Shown: piece after piece, positions 23,680 through 35,600 of the stretch
Layout of the letters: every line of letters starts with the position of its first letter
Numbering within the stretch: position 1 is the stretch's first letter
Assembly (NCBI GenBank): GCA_964199315.1
Contig: OZ116699.1
Location: 12,586,001-12,650,000, forward strand
Length of the DNA: 64,000 nucleotides
From: Orbicella franksi
Taxonomy: Eukaryota
Reading direction: 5' to 3'
The notes under the pieces: generated by a model
Database searches by the model: none
The model's input: only the letters and a program-made list of their open reading frames with translations
What the model was told of the DNA's origin: nothing
Made by a program: the position numbers and the translations under genes

Positions 23680-24890
23680 ATGTTCGTAATGTCGCCGTTG
23701 TTATTTCTCCTCCTTAACCTGACCGGAGTGATGATGTTCAGGTTGAAGAGGAATGACGAGGTCGAGACTGCTGAAGACCCCAAGCGCCCCAATTATGTTT
23801 TGTTACCCAAGTTGAAGAATGGCGAGAACGAGATTCCTGAAAACTTCAAGCGCTCCATTTATAATGGTTTGGTCTCCAAGTTGAAGAATGATGAGACCGA
23901 GGAACCTGAAGAGCCTGAGCCCACCAAGAATACCAAGGCTTTGGGCCGCCCTGGTTTGTAATTTGTTTGTTTGTTTGTGCTTACTCTACAACATGTTAGT
24001 TTTTACGTTTACAAAGTGAAAATGTCTGTATCTGAAAACTTGAACACGGAGAACCAATCAAGTGTTTTTTCCCTCTCATTGACGGAAGGGATAGCGCCCC
24101 GACTGATATATTGTGGTTTTAAAATAAGTAACAAGGGAAATTGAAAAAGCGAAGAACTATCAGATAAAATAATGACTAAATTTTAACAGAATGGCAATTT
24201 TGATTTCTTGACATCCAGTCGCAAAATCAAATTTGATGAACTGTAAACCACGTCCATCCTTGAAATCCTGTGCTTCTTCCTCAAAACACTCGTTCTATTT
24301 TACTTTTTAGAATCTTTTGATCCAATTTAGTTGTGTATTTGGTTATATTTGGCGATATAATATGGAAATTAGGAAAGGAAACTTTCAATAATCTGAATAA
24401 TCAGCAGCAACACTGTCCCTGTCTTAAGGGCAGCGTCACTGTTCATTGTCTTGAGGGTAATCAGTGAAGATAGGTAACATAGTATGAAGGTACAGTGTCA
24501 ACTTTTTCGTACACGCTTGAATACACTATATAAAGGCAGTTTTAAAATAGATTTCATGGCCCGGACTGGGTTTGTCGTCTTACTCGGCTACACGTCATCA
24601 CTTTCTCACACAACGTCGAATTTGAGTCGTCTTATGTTAAAAGTAGTGACAGCGTGAACCTGTTTTAGCATTGCTATTACGTTTGTTAATCATATTGACT
24701 GTTCAAACTGACTTCTTTTTCAGAGGGTAGAGCTCCTGGTGATTGTATCGCTTGTTTCCTGATAGAATGTGGCTTCCCAGCCTTTGGATGCTTAGGTGCC
24801 GGTCCTGCATACTTAGGCTGTCTGACAGCAGCCTGTGGCGGTGGTATATTGGCAACCGTATGCTTGGCAGATTGCTTTCTTCCTATTTAG
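23680..24890 (+). CDS. Cys-rich prepropeptide gene, copy 2, 146 aa; coding exons 23680-23953 and 24724-24890
   Basis: Acceptor at 23654 precedes the ATG. Donor CCTG|gtttgt (phase 1) and acceptor ttctttttcag|AG give ...KALGRP-EGR-APGDCIACFLIECGFPAFGCLGAGPAYLGCLTAACGGGILATVCLADCFLPI*. Splice sites and phase are conserved in all four copies. AATAAA at 25105 is followed by a GT-rich tract. Confidence 0.85.
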
Positions 24891-25437
24891 GTCATGCTCT
24901 CAGCCAGTGCAGTCAAGAATGGATACTAGTAATTGTAATTATTAGATATCCAAACGGACCTTATTAACAATGGTCATTTCAATAAACTGTAAACCGCTTT
25001 GCTGATTTGTTGTTGTTGTTGTTGTTTTTTATTAAATCGAGGATGCGACTTATATTGTAATTGTTAACCTAACCATAATCTTAAGGACCTCTCAGGGTCT
25101 GCTGAATAAATAAACATGGCTGACAGCATAAACAGAGTTGTTGTCGTTGATAGTTGTGCTAGCGTCGAATTATGGAAAAAGAAAAAAATATAAGGCAATG
25201 CTGCGGATTCTGCATGCGAATATAATTTCACCTTTTTTTACCCGGAAAAATACTTTTGGGTAGCAACTCTTCTTTTGCAAGCCAAGTGATAATACCTTTA
25301 TTTGGCGCGTTTGCTAACAACTGTCACGCACTTAGTAAAATTCAGCCTTAAAAAAAAGACATCACAACAAGGCTCCAGGGAATAAACCCACATAATTCCT
25401 GAGGTCTATTCCCCAGAACCTCGTAATGATGTCTTTT

Positions 25438-26006
25438 ATGAAGACATGATTGATCATCGCAGTTATATAAACAACTTTAGCAGTTGTGAAACTAAAGCCT
25501 GAAAAAAGATCAGACCAAAACGGGATTCGAACCCATGACCTCTGCGATACCGCTGCAGTGCTCTACCAACTGAGCCATCAAGCCAACTGAGAGCTGATCG
25601 TGTTGTGAGTTCGTTATATACTCCGTTTAGGTCTGATCTTTTTTCAGGCTTTAATTTCACAACTGCTAAAGTTGTATATATAAGGGCGATGATCAATCAT
25701 GTCTTCATATCTTTCTCCGCAGTTCAAATGTATGATCTTTCATGTATTTACTTGCATTCTTCACCATCTACTGGCATATAACGAACTCACGACATGATCA
25801 GCTCCCAGTTGGCTTGATAGCTCAGATGGTAGAGCACTGCACCGGTATCGCAAAGGTCATGGGTTCGAATCCCGTTTAGGTCTGATATTTTTTCAGGCTT
25901 TAATTTCACAACTGCTAAAGTTGTTTATATAACTGCGATGATCAATCGTGTCTTCATATCTTTCTCCGCAGTTCAAATATATGATCTTTCATGTATTCAC
26001 TTGCAG
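25438..26006 (+). mobile_element. tRNA-derived SINE dimer with 5' inversion
   Basis: tRNA-like head TAGCTCAGATGG...GGTTCGAATCCC at ~25810-25880, with an inverted head at ~25510-25590. 11-bp TSD TGATGTCTTTT at 25427 and 26007. Empty site near 44598. Confidence 0.85.
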
Positions 26007-26080
26007 TGATGTCTTTTGTTTAATGCTGAATTTTAAAACATCGAAATTGGTCTATTGGACCAGTTCGCAAGCCTGCTTAA

Positions 26081-27878
26081 GAGGCCCTGCGCCTAAGAAA
26101 CGACCGATGATTTCCGGCTAAAAAATAAACTCGGCCGATTTTTATCTCTCGAGTAGAGGTTACCGAATACTATTTAAAAATTAATTTCTTTTGTTTCAGT
26201 TTCGCTTTAAACCAAAAATATCGAGCCGCAAAGTTTTTCCGTCTGAAAGCAGCAAAATCAGGCCGAAAATAAGCCCCGCAAATAACTGTTCAGAAATTAC
26301 TATCGCAACGCAAAATAATGAGAAAACTACACAGTGTTGAAGAAAAAGACCTTTTAATGCAATATCATTCGATAAACATCAAAAAACTGCCGAAGCGATT
26401 AACAAATAAAGTTTCAAATATTGCATACTAAATTAGATGGAGCGTTGGAGCTGATTTTAAAATAATTATTTCTCAAAAGTTCAACGCTTTTGAAAGCAAT
26501 CACAGTGATGAATGAGACATTGGAGGGATACAAATCACGTTTCTGGAAAAACATTTTTCGGCCAAAGTATATTGACCTTGTACAAAGCGTTCAAAGTTAC
26601 CGTTTTTACCGTTATCCTGCTACTTCGGCGAAACACTTCTCTTTTGCCAATACGGTCGTGGATAGCGTGTTAAACGCCACTTTAAACCTTGCTAGGCATT
26701 CAAAGACCGTCCTAAGTAGAAGGAAGTAGAATTAAAAGAGAAAGGAAGATGAAAAATACACAGAAAAAGAAAATAACTCGAAATTACCATCTGCTAACGA
26801 AAGTTGAATCTGGAAAATGTCGTCGCGTGACAGCGGCCATTGACGTCATTTGTATCAATAGCGCTGGAATCCAAACGAATGCACAAATAGGAAAACAATT
26901 TTTCCCGGCCAGAAAACGTTTAGTGGAACAATGTTATGTTATTTTTCACAAATGATGGTCACTCAAAAAGAAAAACTTCCCCAACCGCCACACCGTTTTG
27001 GCCGCAGCGTGATCTGAGTTATGGGTCACGACTGGATCTCTAGCCGCTGACCGCCCAAAGGACATTGCAGACTCGTTTTCCCACGCTCTTGCGACCTTTA
27101 CGTGACAAATGACGTCATTAGCCGCTGTCACGCGACGACATTTTCCAGATTCAACTTTCGTTAGCAGATGGTAATTTCGAGTTATTTTGTTTTTCTGCGT
27201 ATTTTTCATCTTCCTTTCCCTTTCAATTCTACATCCTTCTACTCAGGATAGTCTCTGAATGCCTAGCAAGGTTTAAAGTGGCGTTTACCAAGCTATCCAC
27301 GGCCGTATTGGCAAAAGAGAAGCGTTTCGCCGAAGTAGCAGGATAACGGTAAAAACGGTAACTTTGAACGCTTTGTACAAGGTCAATATACTTTGGCCGA
27401 AAAATGTTTTTCCAGAAACGTGATTTGTATCCCTCCAATGTCTCATTCATCACTGTGATTGCTTTCAAAAGCGTTGAACTTTTGAGAAATAATTATTTCA
27501 AAATCAGCTCCAACGCTCCATCTAATTTAGTATGCAATATTTGAAACTTTATTTGTTAATCGCTTCGGCAGTTTTTTGATGTTTATCGAATGATATTGCA
27601 TTAAAAGGCCTTTTTCTTCAACGCTGTGTAGTTTTCTCATTATTTTGCGTTGCGATAGTAATTTCTAAACAGTTTTTTGCGGGGGCTTATTTTCGGCCTG
27701 ATTTTGCTGCTTTCAGACGGAAAAACTTTGCGGCTCGATATTTTTGGTTTAAAGCGAAACTGAAACAAAAGAAATTCATTTTTAAATAGTATTCGGTAAC
27801 CTCTACTTGGGAGATAAAAATCGGCCGAGTTTATTTTTTAGCCGGAAATCATCGGTCGTTTCTTAGGCGCAGGGCCTC
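26081..27878. mobile_element. Non-autonomous foldback DNA transposon, Kolobok-like (TTAA TSD, GAGG...CCTC termini)
   Basis: ~773 bp near-identical inverted arms (26081-26853 / 27105-27878) around a ~250 bp spacer. TTAA on both sides. Empty site GCCTGCTTAAAGTCGCC near 44666. Confidence 0.85.
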
Positions 27879-28440
27879 TTAAAGTCGCCGTTTTTGTGCA
27901 GCTTTTTTCGATTCCAAAAGTTTTCTTTTTTTTCTTTTGATCGGTAGCCAGCAAAACGGACAAAACATGGCATTATTTTTTGTGCCGGTTGGCATCTTTG
28001 GACCATTTCGACGAGACATTTCAAGTTTACGAATTCGAAGGCTGAGTATTGTCTTCACCGTGGAATTCGTTGTCATTTTTTCCTTAAGTTCTTGGTCGTT
28101 CGCTTCATTACTAACACCTGCAAAATAACTGGAGATTTACGTCTTCGAAATGTTTTCAAATAAATATTAGAAACAGCTATTGGCAGATTCAAGTCTCCGT
28201 TATATACACACACACAGACACATACTTCATTGAAGCTCCTTAATTAGGTTTTCCAGCATCAATGGAAATACAAAAGTAATTTAGGATATACAGTGTAACC
28301 CCGGTAATACGACCGGTTATAGGCCATAAAAACTTGATCGTATAACCGGTGGTCGTATTAACAGGGTTGGTTCAAACATGATGTTATGATTAACCATTAC
28401 TAATTCTGACCCACATTTATTCCTATTTGCAATACAGTGA

Positions 28441-28612
28441 GCATACTGTAATTCGGTATTTGTAAGTAAAGTATCGTTAGATCGAAGTATTAAGTATGGT
28501 TAAGTTGTGTGTTATACAGTGCTGTATTATAAGTGCAATAAAAATAAATAAATAAGTAAATAAATAAAATATTACAAAAACAAAACAAAACAACAACAAC
28601 AACAACAAAAAA
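28441..28612 (+). mobile_element. Short retroposed 3' fragment with A-rich tail
   Basis: AATAAA followed by an (AAAAC)/(CAA)n tail. ACAGTGA direct repeat at 28434 and 28613. Confidence 0.65.
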
Positions 28613-31600
28613 ACAGTGAACACATCTAATGCATTTTATTGTAACTGGTCACAATTTTTGTTCCGTTGTTAGTTGTTTTCTTTCATTAATCTCGCCAGTC
28701 ACTTAGGGTGGTCGTATTGACGGGCTAAATTTATAAAGAAAATAAAGGTTGATGGACTCCAAGGGGGAGTCGTTGGTCGCCTTAGGGTGCGTTGACATGT
28801 TTACTAGCTTGCTCCCCCTTAACGCCTAATGTTAACGGTGGGAGGGGGGTAAGGCGAGTCCATTTCTGGACGTTAGTGCAGGCATTTTTGACCAAAAGCA
28901 AAATTATTTATTTTGCTTAAGTTACTTCATGTTGAGAACGCACACAACAAAAACAGGAAGTTTTCACTTGCACAGTTGAAAACGACTTACGAGTAGAGAA
29001 ACTGTAAAGCAAAAGAAAAAAAAAAAAAAAAGAGAAAGAAAGAAAGTGTAAAGCATACGTGAAGTTGGAGGTGCAATGCCACTCACCAGGAGGTAAAGAC
29101 GTTTGAAAACATGGCAGACTTGTACCAACGATTCTGGTTCTGTCTTCTGAATACTGCAGTCAGAAATAACGAAAACGTCAGTAGGAAAAACAACAAAGCA
29201 GTAGAAGAATGCCTCATTAGATATGAATATAAAAAGTTTTCTCTACGCTTAAAATCAATTAATTATGCTAATATCTTCACTTGTCAGTAATGTAGACTGT
29301 AACGACTAGAATACAGTGACTCATGGGCAGCAAAATTCCAAATGGAAGTTAACAAGGAGGAAGAAGTGAGGGATCTGACCTGAACCTCCAATTGACTTTA
29401 AACGGGAAACAAGCGAGAAACGATAAAAATTGACGAAGCTTTTGTTCGGACCAAAAGAGAGTGGTCGTGAGGTCGAGATGGCTTGATATTGGCCAATGGA
29501 ATGGCCAAGTTCTTTTTTTATGTATTTATCACCGAGACACAGACTAGTGACTATTGGTTAAATATCAGAAGTTTATAATGCTAGAAGTGTACATCTCGTA
29601 TGACGAAGCGTGCTTTCAGATTCACAAGTAGGTTAGATTTAGACCTAAATTTCGCGGGGGAAAATGAGGTGGAAATTGCGTAGACTGTGGAGAAGCGTGC
29701 GCTAGAGGTAAAATTGATCAAATAGAGGACAAATATACAACAAAGCGCGAGGCTTGGTAGCCTGTGCAAGAATATTTACGCGATCAAACCCAATCTATAA
29801 AACAAGCTAGTCTTGAAACACCTGAACAGGAACACCTGAACAGCCTGGGACAAACTAAAAATGTTTACTGCTTAGCACATATATTTCTGTCTCAAAATTT
29901 TCAGCTAAAATTTAAACTGCCAGAACGACAGATAGCGTAATGTAGGCGTGAGAAGTTCGCCATTTGTGAGAGCACTTAAGTGCTTATCTTTCTGAATTAA
30001 ATAGCTTACTCGTGAATCTAATCTCACCCGAAACCAGAGATGTACATTTCTAGTATTATAAACTTCTCTTAATATACAAAAATTACAAAAGAAACAATGG
30101 AAAGTAAGGTTGCACATAATAATTATAGTGATAATGAAAAATCTTCATGAATAAAAGGTGCAAACGAACAAACAAACACAGCTTACCCTCCCGCCCCTAC
30201 TACCCAATAAAATTGATTATTGTTAATGTTCAACTGCAAAGATGCAGTGGTTTGTCCATTCCTAACAATATTGAGCTCAATCAGGAGCCATAATCGGGGA
30301 CGGAGACCGTAAGTCTTGGGATCCGCGTGCACCTATGATATGGGACAATTTTTCTATTTTTAGAACAAATTGCGCCATCCTGACGTCATATATCCGCGCG
30401 GAGCCACGCATAGTCCATGGGCCAAGACCCCCAAAAGTGGTTTTTTTGTACCATGTGGAGGGACCAGTGTTATCACGTATTTTCTCAATCTGCAATAACT
30501 GAAGTCTATTTTAAGGTATGATAGCAAGCTTCTATCAGTAGCTTTCTTGCTCTAAACATGTGATAAAATGACGTCATCTAAACTGCCTAATGACCACGGA
30601 TCCGGTTAACAGCTTCAGAGTGTTTGTGCAGCGTATCATTGCAGGGTGGCAGCTGGTTGGAATCAACGTCTCCTCTCTTCAAACAGAACAGTCGATATCG
30701 CTTGTCCCAGGGTTGCTGCAGTACATGGCACATGTAAATTTCTGAAGACTATGGTACAGGTGATCAGACATATTCCAGAACATACCCAAATGCTGGAACA
30801 TCTCTTGAAATTCAGCATTTTGCTTTACAATTCGATAACCTGCAACCTTTCCCCGTCCGGCAAAAGCACTAACAGTGTCGCACCCTATGAATGCATGAAA
30901 GCCCGGCAGTGATCTGCATACACTTGCTCCAACCCTCTCAACTACTCTTGAGATATCGATGTACTTGACTCTGGTCTGTGAACCACTTTTAATGAATACT
31001 GAAGAAGGAATAAAGCTCTTGAAGGCCAAAAGAAGTACCAACACATCAGTGTCTTCTGATACTATGACGACCGCAGCAAACCTCGATTTAGCTGCATGGG
31101 CTGCATGTAAGAGGATTCGGGTGTCAGCCTCCTCTTGGGTTGATTCGAGCTCACTGATAGGTTGCATTATTCCAGACGATAATTGGTAACATGTTTCGCC
31201 ACACGTAACAACCAGAGTCTTTCAGATAGCTTCGCTGTGTACTTTTCTTTCTTCCACTCGCTGGTTACAAACACTATGAAAGCTTGTTTGTTCTTTGAGC
31301 TACACAGGAATCTTCTCCATTGTTTAACCTTGTGTTCGGCTTGAATCATGAATATTGCGGTATTCGCTTCCTAAACCGTCACCCCTGTTCTCTCTTTCGG
31401 CGTTCTTTATGGATTCCTCTCTGTAATCGTCGAAGACGACATCAATCCTGTCACTTGTTCCACCTTCGTTTAGAACTCTGCAAAGAAGAGTTTCAGCAAC
31501 TGCCGCAAATGTCTTCTTATCACCTTTCAAACACTGGACAAGAGCCATCCCATCTATTACACATGCTGAGGGTTGGGGAATGGCATCTGCTGCTTCGACA

Positions 31601-31621
31601 TTTTTATGCAGTTCTTTAGCC

Positions 31622-31742
31622 AAGGACGCTTTGTTCGTCTTAATAATAAAATAATAATATTTAATATTTCTAAGGCGCAAATTAACATGTGAATATGATC
31701 AAATGCGCCTAACAAACCATATGAGTAATATAAATTAAACGA
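31622..31742 (-). mobile_element. L2/CR1-like LINE or SINE 3' tail inserted in the transposase
   Basis: AT-rich insert splits ...ATADGT / KTNKASLAK. The minus strand has a GCGCA...TGCGC stem-loop followed by an (ATT)n tail. Ends approximate. Confidence 0.55.
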
Positions 31743-32305
31743 TATGCTATGAATAGTGCCATCTGCGGTAGCTAATGACCAAGGGAGTGGGTCGAGAGGA
31801 TGGGATAACACTTCTCTCATCTGTAAGTCTCTGCTCTCTGCGATGACAATCATTTGAGCAAACAGTCTTCTGTCGGCCTTGATGATCACTTCTTGGTTCT
31901 TACCAGCTTTAACTGATACCTCCTTGTTCAAGTGAGTAAAAGTCTTCAGCTTAGCTTTCGTGATTGAATCATGGAACTTGACTTTGGGTGGATTAGACTG
32001 AAGTCGTTGCTCTCGGAATGCGTCGTAGGCTTCCTCTCCTTTATCTTTAGCTTGTAGCAAGTCGCGCTCTACATCAGGAGTGGCAACTTTTCCTGTGGAA
32101 AGACAGACGAGGTCTTGATGGTCAAGGCTGAATGGGTTGAGCCAAGTGTTTTGAAGAATTGACACTATGGATTGAACATCAGCTTCATCTCTTTGTATTC
32201 TTGTTGGTTGCAGATCTTTGTGTTGGGAACAAGAACTGCTAATGTGCAATATATCTTTGAGTTGCCTCAGGAAGGTGCTCCGGTATTCAGCGACCAGGTA
32301 GAATT

Positions 32306-32678
32306 TGTAGGATTTCACGTGCGAATTTTTAGTTTTGCTTGCCATTTATGTATGCAAATTACTACTATTTAAACGCTACGGTTTCCTAGCGCGCCAATCT
32401 TTTCAACGTTTTCTCTAGCTTCAAGTTAATATCGTTGCGGAATCTATTCTACCTAGCTTCATCTTCTACGCTACAGCCAGGAAACATTTGTATGTCTTTA
32501 TATTCTGTCCTGTATTTCTCATATCGCTCGGCTCTTCTTCTCATGTATTTTTATTTGTTTTTTCTAGTCGAACCTCGCTTGCTCTATCTTTCAATTCTCA
32601 ACGGACTCCTCGAGTCTCTTCAACAGAGCGTGAGTTCGAAATCGCTAGACGTAGCGTCAACAAGAACTGTAAGCTACA
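32306..32678. mobile_element. Solo LTR (373 bp) inserted in the transposase
   Basis: TGTAG...CTACA termini with GAATT/AAATT flanks (5-bp TSD, one mismatch). Removing it restores ...PNAVSKFYLVAEYR.... Confidence 0.7.
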
Positions 32679-35600
32679 AAATTTGCTTACTGCATTAGGC
32701 CTTAGACTGAAACCTTTAGTTCCTCCTGACGTTTGAGTGTATTTGTTGACAGTCTCCTCGCACGTCTGATCAACAGCTATTCTCCCAGAAGGGTTGTCTT
32801 CGGCAATCTGAACAGAAAATCCTCCGGATCGCAAGTATTCCAGGGTGTCCGGATGCTCTGCTGGTAGATGTGACATTTCATGCAGATATGCTGAAAGGTA
32901 CCTGGCGTAGTTAAGGTTATCATATGCGAAACACCACGGGACAATTTCACTAATATATGACAGGTGAAGATCCCAATCTCCCTCCCGAGATCCTCTTAAC
33001 AGACCAAGTAATATTTCCACCATGTCAACATAAGACATCCAGAACTTCGATAGCTTCCCATTGTCATGTCGGAGATAGCTCGTATACAAGCAGAACAGTT
33101 GCGATACTTCTTCAAATGAGGGACTCTCCACTGTGTCTTTGAATTCTTGTTCACATGTGTTATCACAGAGCGCTTTCAGTCCTTTTAAAAACGCATCAAC
33201 AGTAGGCTTCTTCTCTTTATGATGTTCCTCAATCCAAGAGTTTAATCCCATCCATGCTAGCCTGTTAAGAGCTTCATACATGAGCTTGTGAAATCGTACG
33301 GCGCGATTATATGTACGGCCTTCTAGAACACCAGCCACAGATCCTTCAGCAATTACTCCAGAGTCGACTATTACGTCTCGTAAACCAGCATCTTGGAAAC
33401 GCTTTCCGATCACTGACAAGAAAGTGCAAATGGTATGGAACACACCCATTCTCAACACAAGGTCATTAAACTGTGCCCTGTGTTTCCACTTTATCTCAGT
33501 AGCTTTAGCATACAGTGCCTGATCAAACACAACAACTATGCTTTGGAGGTTTAAAGTTTCCTTAATCTGTAGGGACTTGATGAGGACTTGGTACACAGCT
33601 GACATGTTCGTCGCTGGGGCATTGATTGTTGGAAGATGGCCCACGTTATCCTTGGCAACTTCTTGGTTATTACGCACCAAAATATTGAAACCACTCCAAC
33701 CAGGAACAGATTGCTTCTGACTTGGGTGAATGCGTACTAAAACCCATACCAAGTTCTTTCTCCATGCACATTCCATGATTTGATTTAACTTGACCTCCAC
33801 ATATCCTCTAGTATGGGGCCCACAGCGCTCGCCGGCATTATAGATAGGTACAGTTTCATCATCCACAGACTCGATACTTCTCCTCTTCGATTTCACAATT
33901 TCACAATCTCACAAGACAACCATCAAAATGCTGATTGTTTAGTTATGTAGCTACTTGTTATAGCTTTTATTGAGTTTTAAACACATACCGGCTTACAAAC
34001 GATGGGAATTGATGATTAAGGCAACACAGTGCTGGACTGTCGAGTCCATGTAGATCTCGAAGGACTGTAAGTTTTTATATAATTTGAGGTTCAAAATATC
34101 ACTATATCGTCATAAAAATGCTTATTGTTTAGTTATACAGCTAATATTTTGTATATATTGTTGATTTCTGATCAGATCTCTACTTAAAGATTATCGAAAT
34201 CAGTGAATAAGTCAAAAGTACTTACCTGCCGTGAAGGTCGCCATCTTGAATTTCCCCATAATGCATTGCAACATTTGAAGTAATCCATAACATACTATAT
34301 CATCGCTTTTAAAGAGGTAAATTGAAATTTGGTTCTTAAAAAATGATTTGTGTTCTTTCTTGTTGTATTTATATGTGTGAAGACTATTTTTGATCCAGCT
34401 TAATATTTTTAATATGACTTTTGAAAACAAGCCTCGTTTTCATGCAAAAGCGAATTTTGGTGATATTTCAGCCAATAAAATATACAAGAAAGCTACTCTT
34501 TTGGGGTTGCTATCATAACATCTTGTAATCACCCCCAACTTAGCTTCAAATTTGTCACACTCTCAGCTGGTCCCTCTGAGTGGTACATCTAAGAGGGTCT
34601 GGCCCATGGACTAGCACATGTCGGGGGCTCTCGCGTGGATGTTGTCACGTTGCGTGATCAAATGGTGAGAGTTGAGAGATCTTGAGAGATTATCTTGCGT
34701 ATTTTTCCCAGCGATGGCAGGGAATAAGGCAGGGAATACGAACCAGGGCGCTTATATGTAGTTTTATGCTCTGAGCTAACGGAAAAGGTGGATTTTTCAG
34801 TGACGAAAACAAGACTTCAATCTCCCGCTGGGAATGAATAATAGGATCTGCTCGCGCTAGTTGGGCCAAGCTTACGCGTATGTTTTTGCGTTTGTTCTGA
34901 CTAAATAATATAGCAAGAAAACTCTCTACTCAGGTATCGAGTTAATTTGTGAATTTCTCAGACAATGGTTAATCATAACCAAAACCTGTTTTGATGGTTT
35001 CTGATTGTTTCTGCTTGTTTGGTGAGTTTGCAAAAGTTTTTGAAAGGAAGGTCTGACGCGTACAATTAGCTCATTTGCATAGTGCAGCTCGTGCACTTTC
35101 AAGTCCGAGTCGGTGTTTTCAATTGTCAACAAATCTTGACAAAGATTTCTTTCGTTATCTTTTGTGCTGAGATGCTGCAACAAATTTCACGAACGCAAAA
35201 AAGGCTACTAACATCATGTATGTTTCTTCAACATAAACATAGCGAAGTTTTACACTGCGAAAATGAAAATAGACAAGGAGTTTTGATAACTCGATCAACA
35301 AAATCGAAATCGTTATTCGAAGTTGATTAAAGAAAGCGTCAACGTAACTTTGCTGATTATTTCTGCTTTCAGTTCGCATATTTTCAGCTTAGCTTTTAAT
35401 ATGTTCTCAAACATTTATCAATCTTAAACATATTCAAAAACTACAGAGTTATTGTTTGAGTTCGATGTACGCTTTCACACGAAAGTGCGGCGGAAGTACA
35501 ATTTGTCATGTTTACTGACTGTACAAAACAAGCATCAGCGGGCGCTCTCATTCATCTACAATAGAGAATTTACTGAATAAAACTGAGCAGTATCTACGGA

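Larger units (their letters stand above)
30615..33896 (-). pseudogene. Disrupted Academ-like transposase / XPG-like nuclease reading frame
   Basis: Motifs VVFDQALYAK, RMGVFH, YNRAVRFH, REGDWDLH, DNLNYARYL, VDQTCEETVN, VFDDYREESIK, TQEEADTRILLH, SEDTDV, GCDTVSAF and DSNQLPPC, spread over several frameshifted ORFs. Both protein ends are missing. Confidence 0.8.

Noticed and set aside
23680-23961. Single-exon 93-103 aa proteins ending ALGRPGL*
   Set aside because: The read-through runs into a conserved GTTTGT donor and a (TTTG)n intron start, and copy 1 has a different read-through at the same donor. No RPamide/GLWamide-type neuropeptide repeats are present.
24724-24890. Bacterial RiPP (sactipeptide-like) or horizontally acquired bacteriocin
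   Set aside because: The resemblance (CxxC, Gly/Ala-rich) is superficial. The gene has spliceosomal introns and a secretory leader, and no modifying enzymes are nearby.
24743-24967. Track ORFs MYRLFPDRMWLP... / MHCLFPDRMWLP... (also 43886, 54217) and MCAKRLW... (13138) as genes
   Set aside because: They are alternative frames of the true last exon. They use non-ATG starts, and the two differences between copies are synonymous only in the spliced frame.
25805-25885. Functional tRNA genes (also 10849-10919 and ~25510-25590)
   Set aside because: A and B boxes are present, but the heads run into SINE bodies, occur as dimers or inversions, are bounded by TSDs and lack a clean acceptor stem.
26490-27468. 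Duplicated ORFs MKAITVMNE... and MKNTQKK... as genes
   Set aside because: They are mirror images produced by the foldback arms, with no recognisable domain.
34926-35379. Short ORFs inside the right part of the Academ-like element as a captured gene
   Set aside because: No continuous frame or recognisable domain; kept only as unexplained extra sequence.
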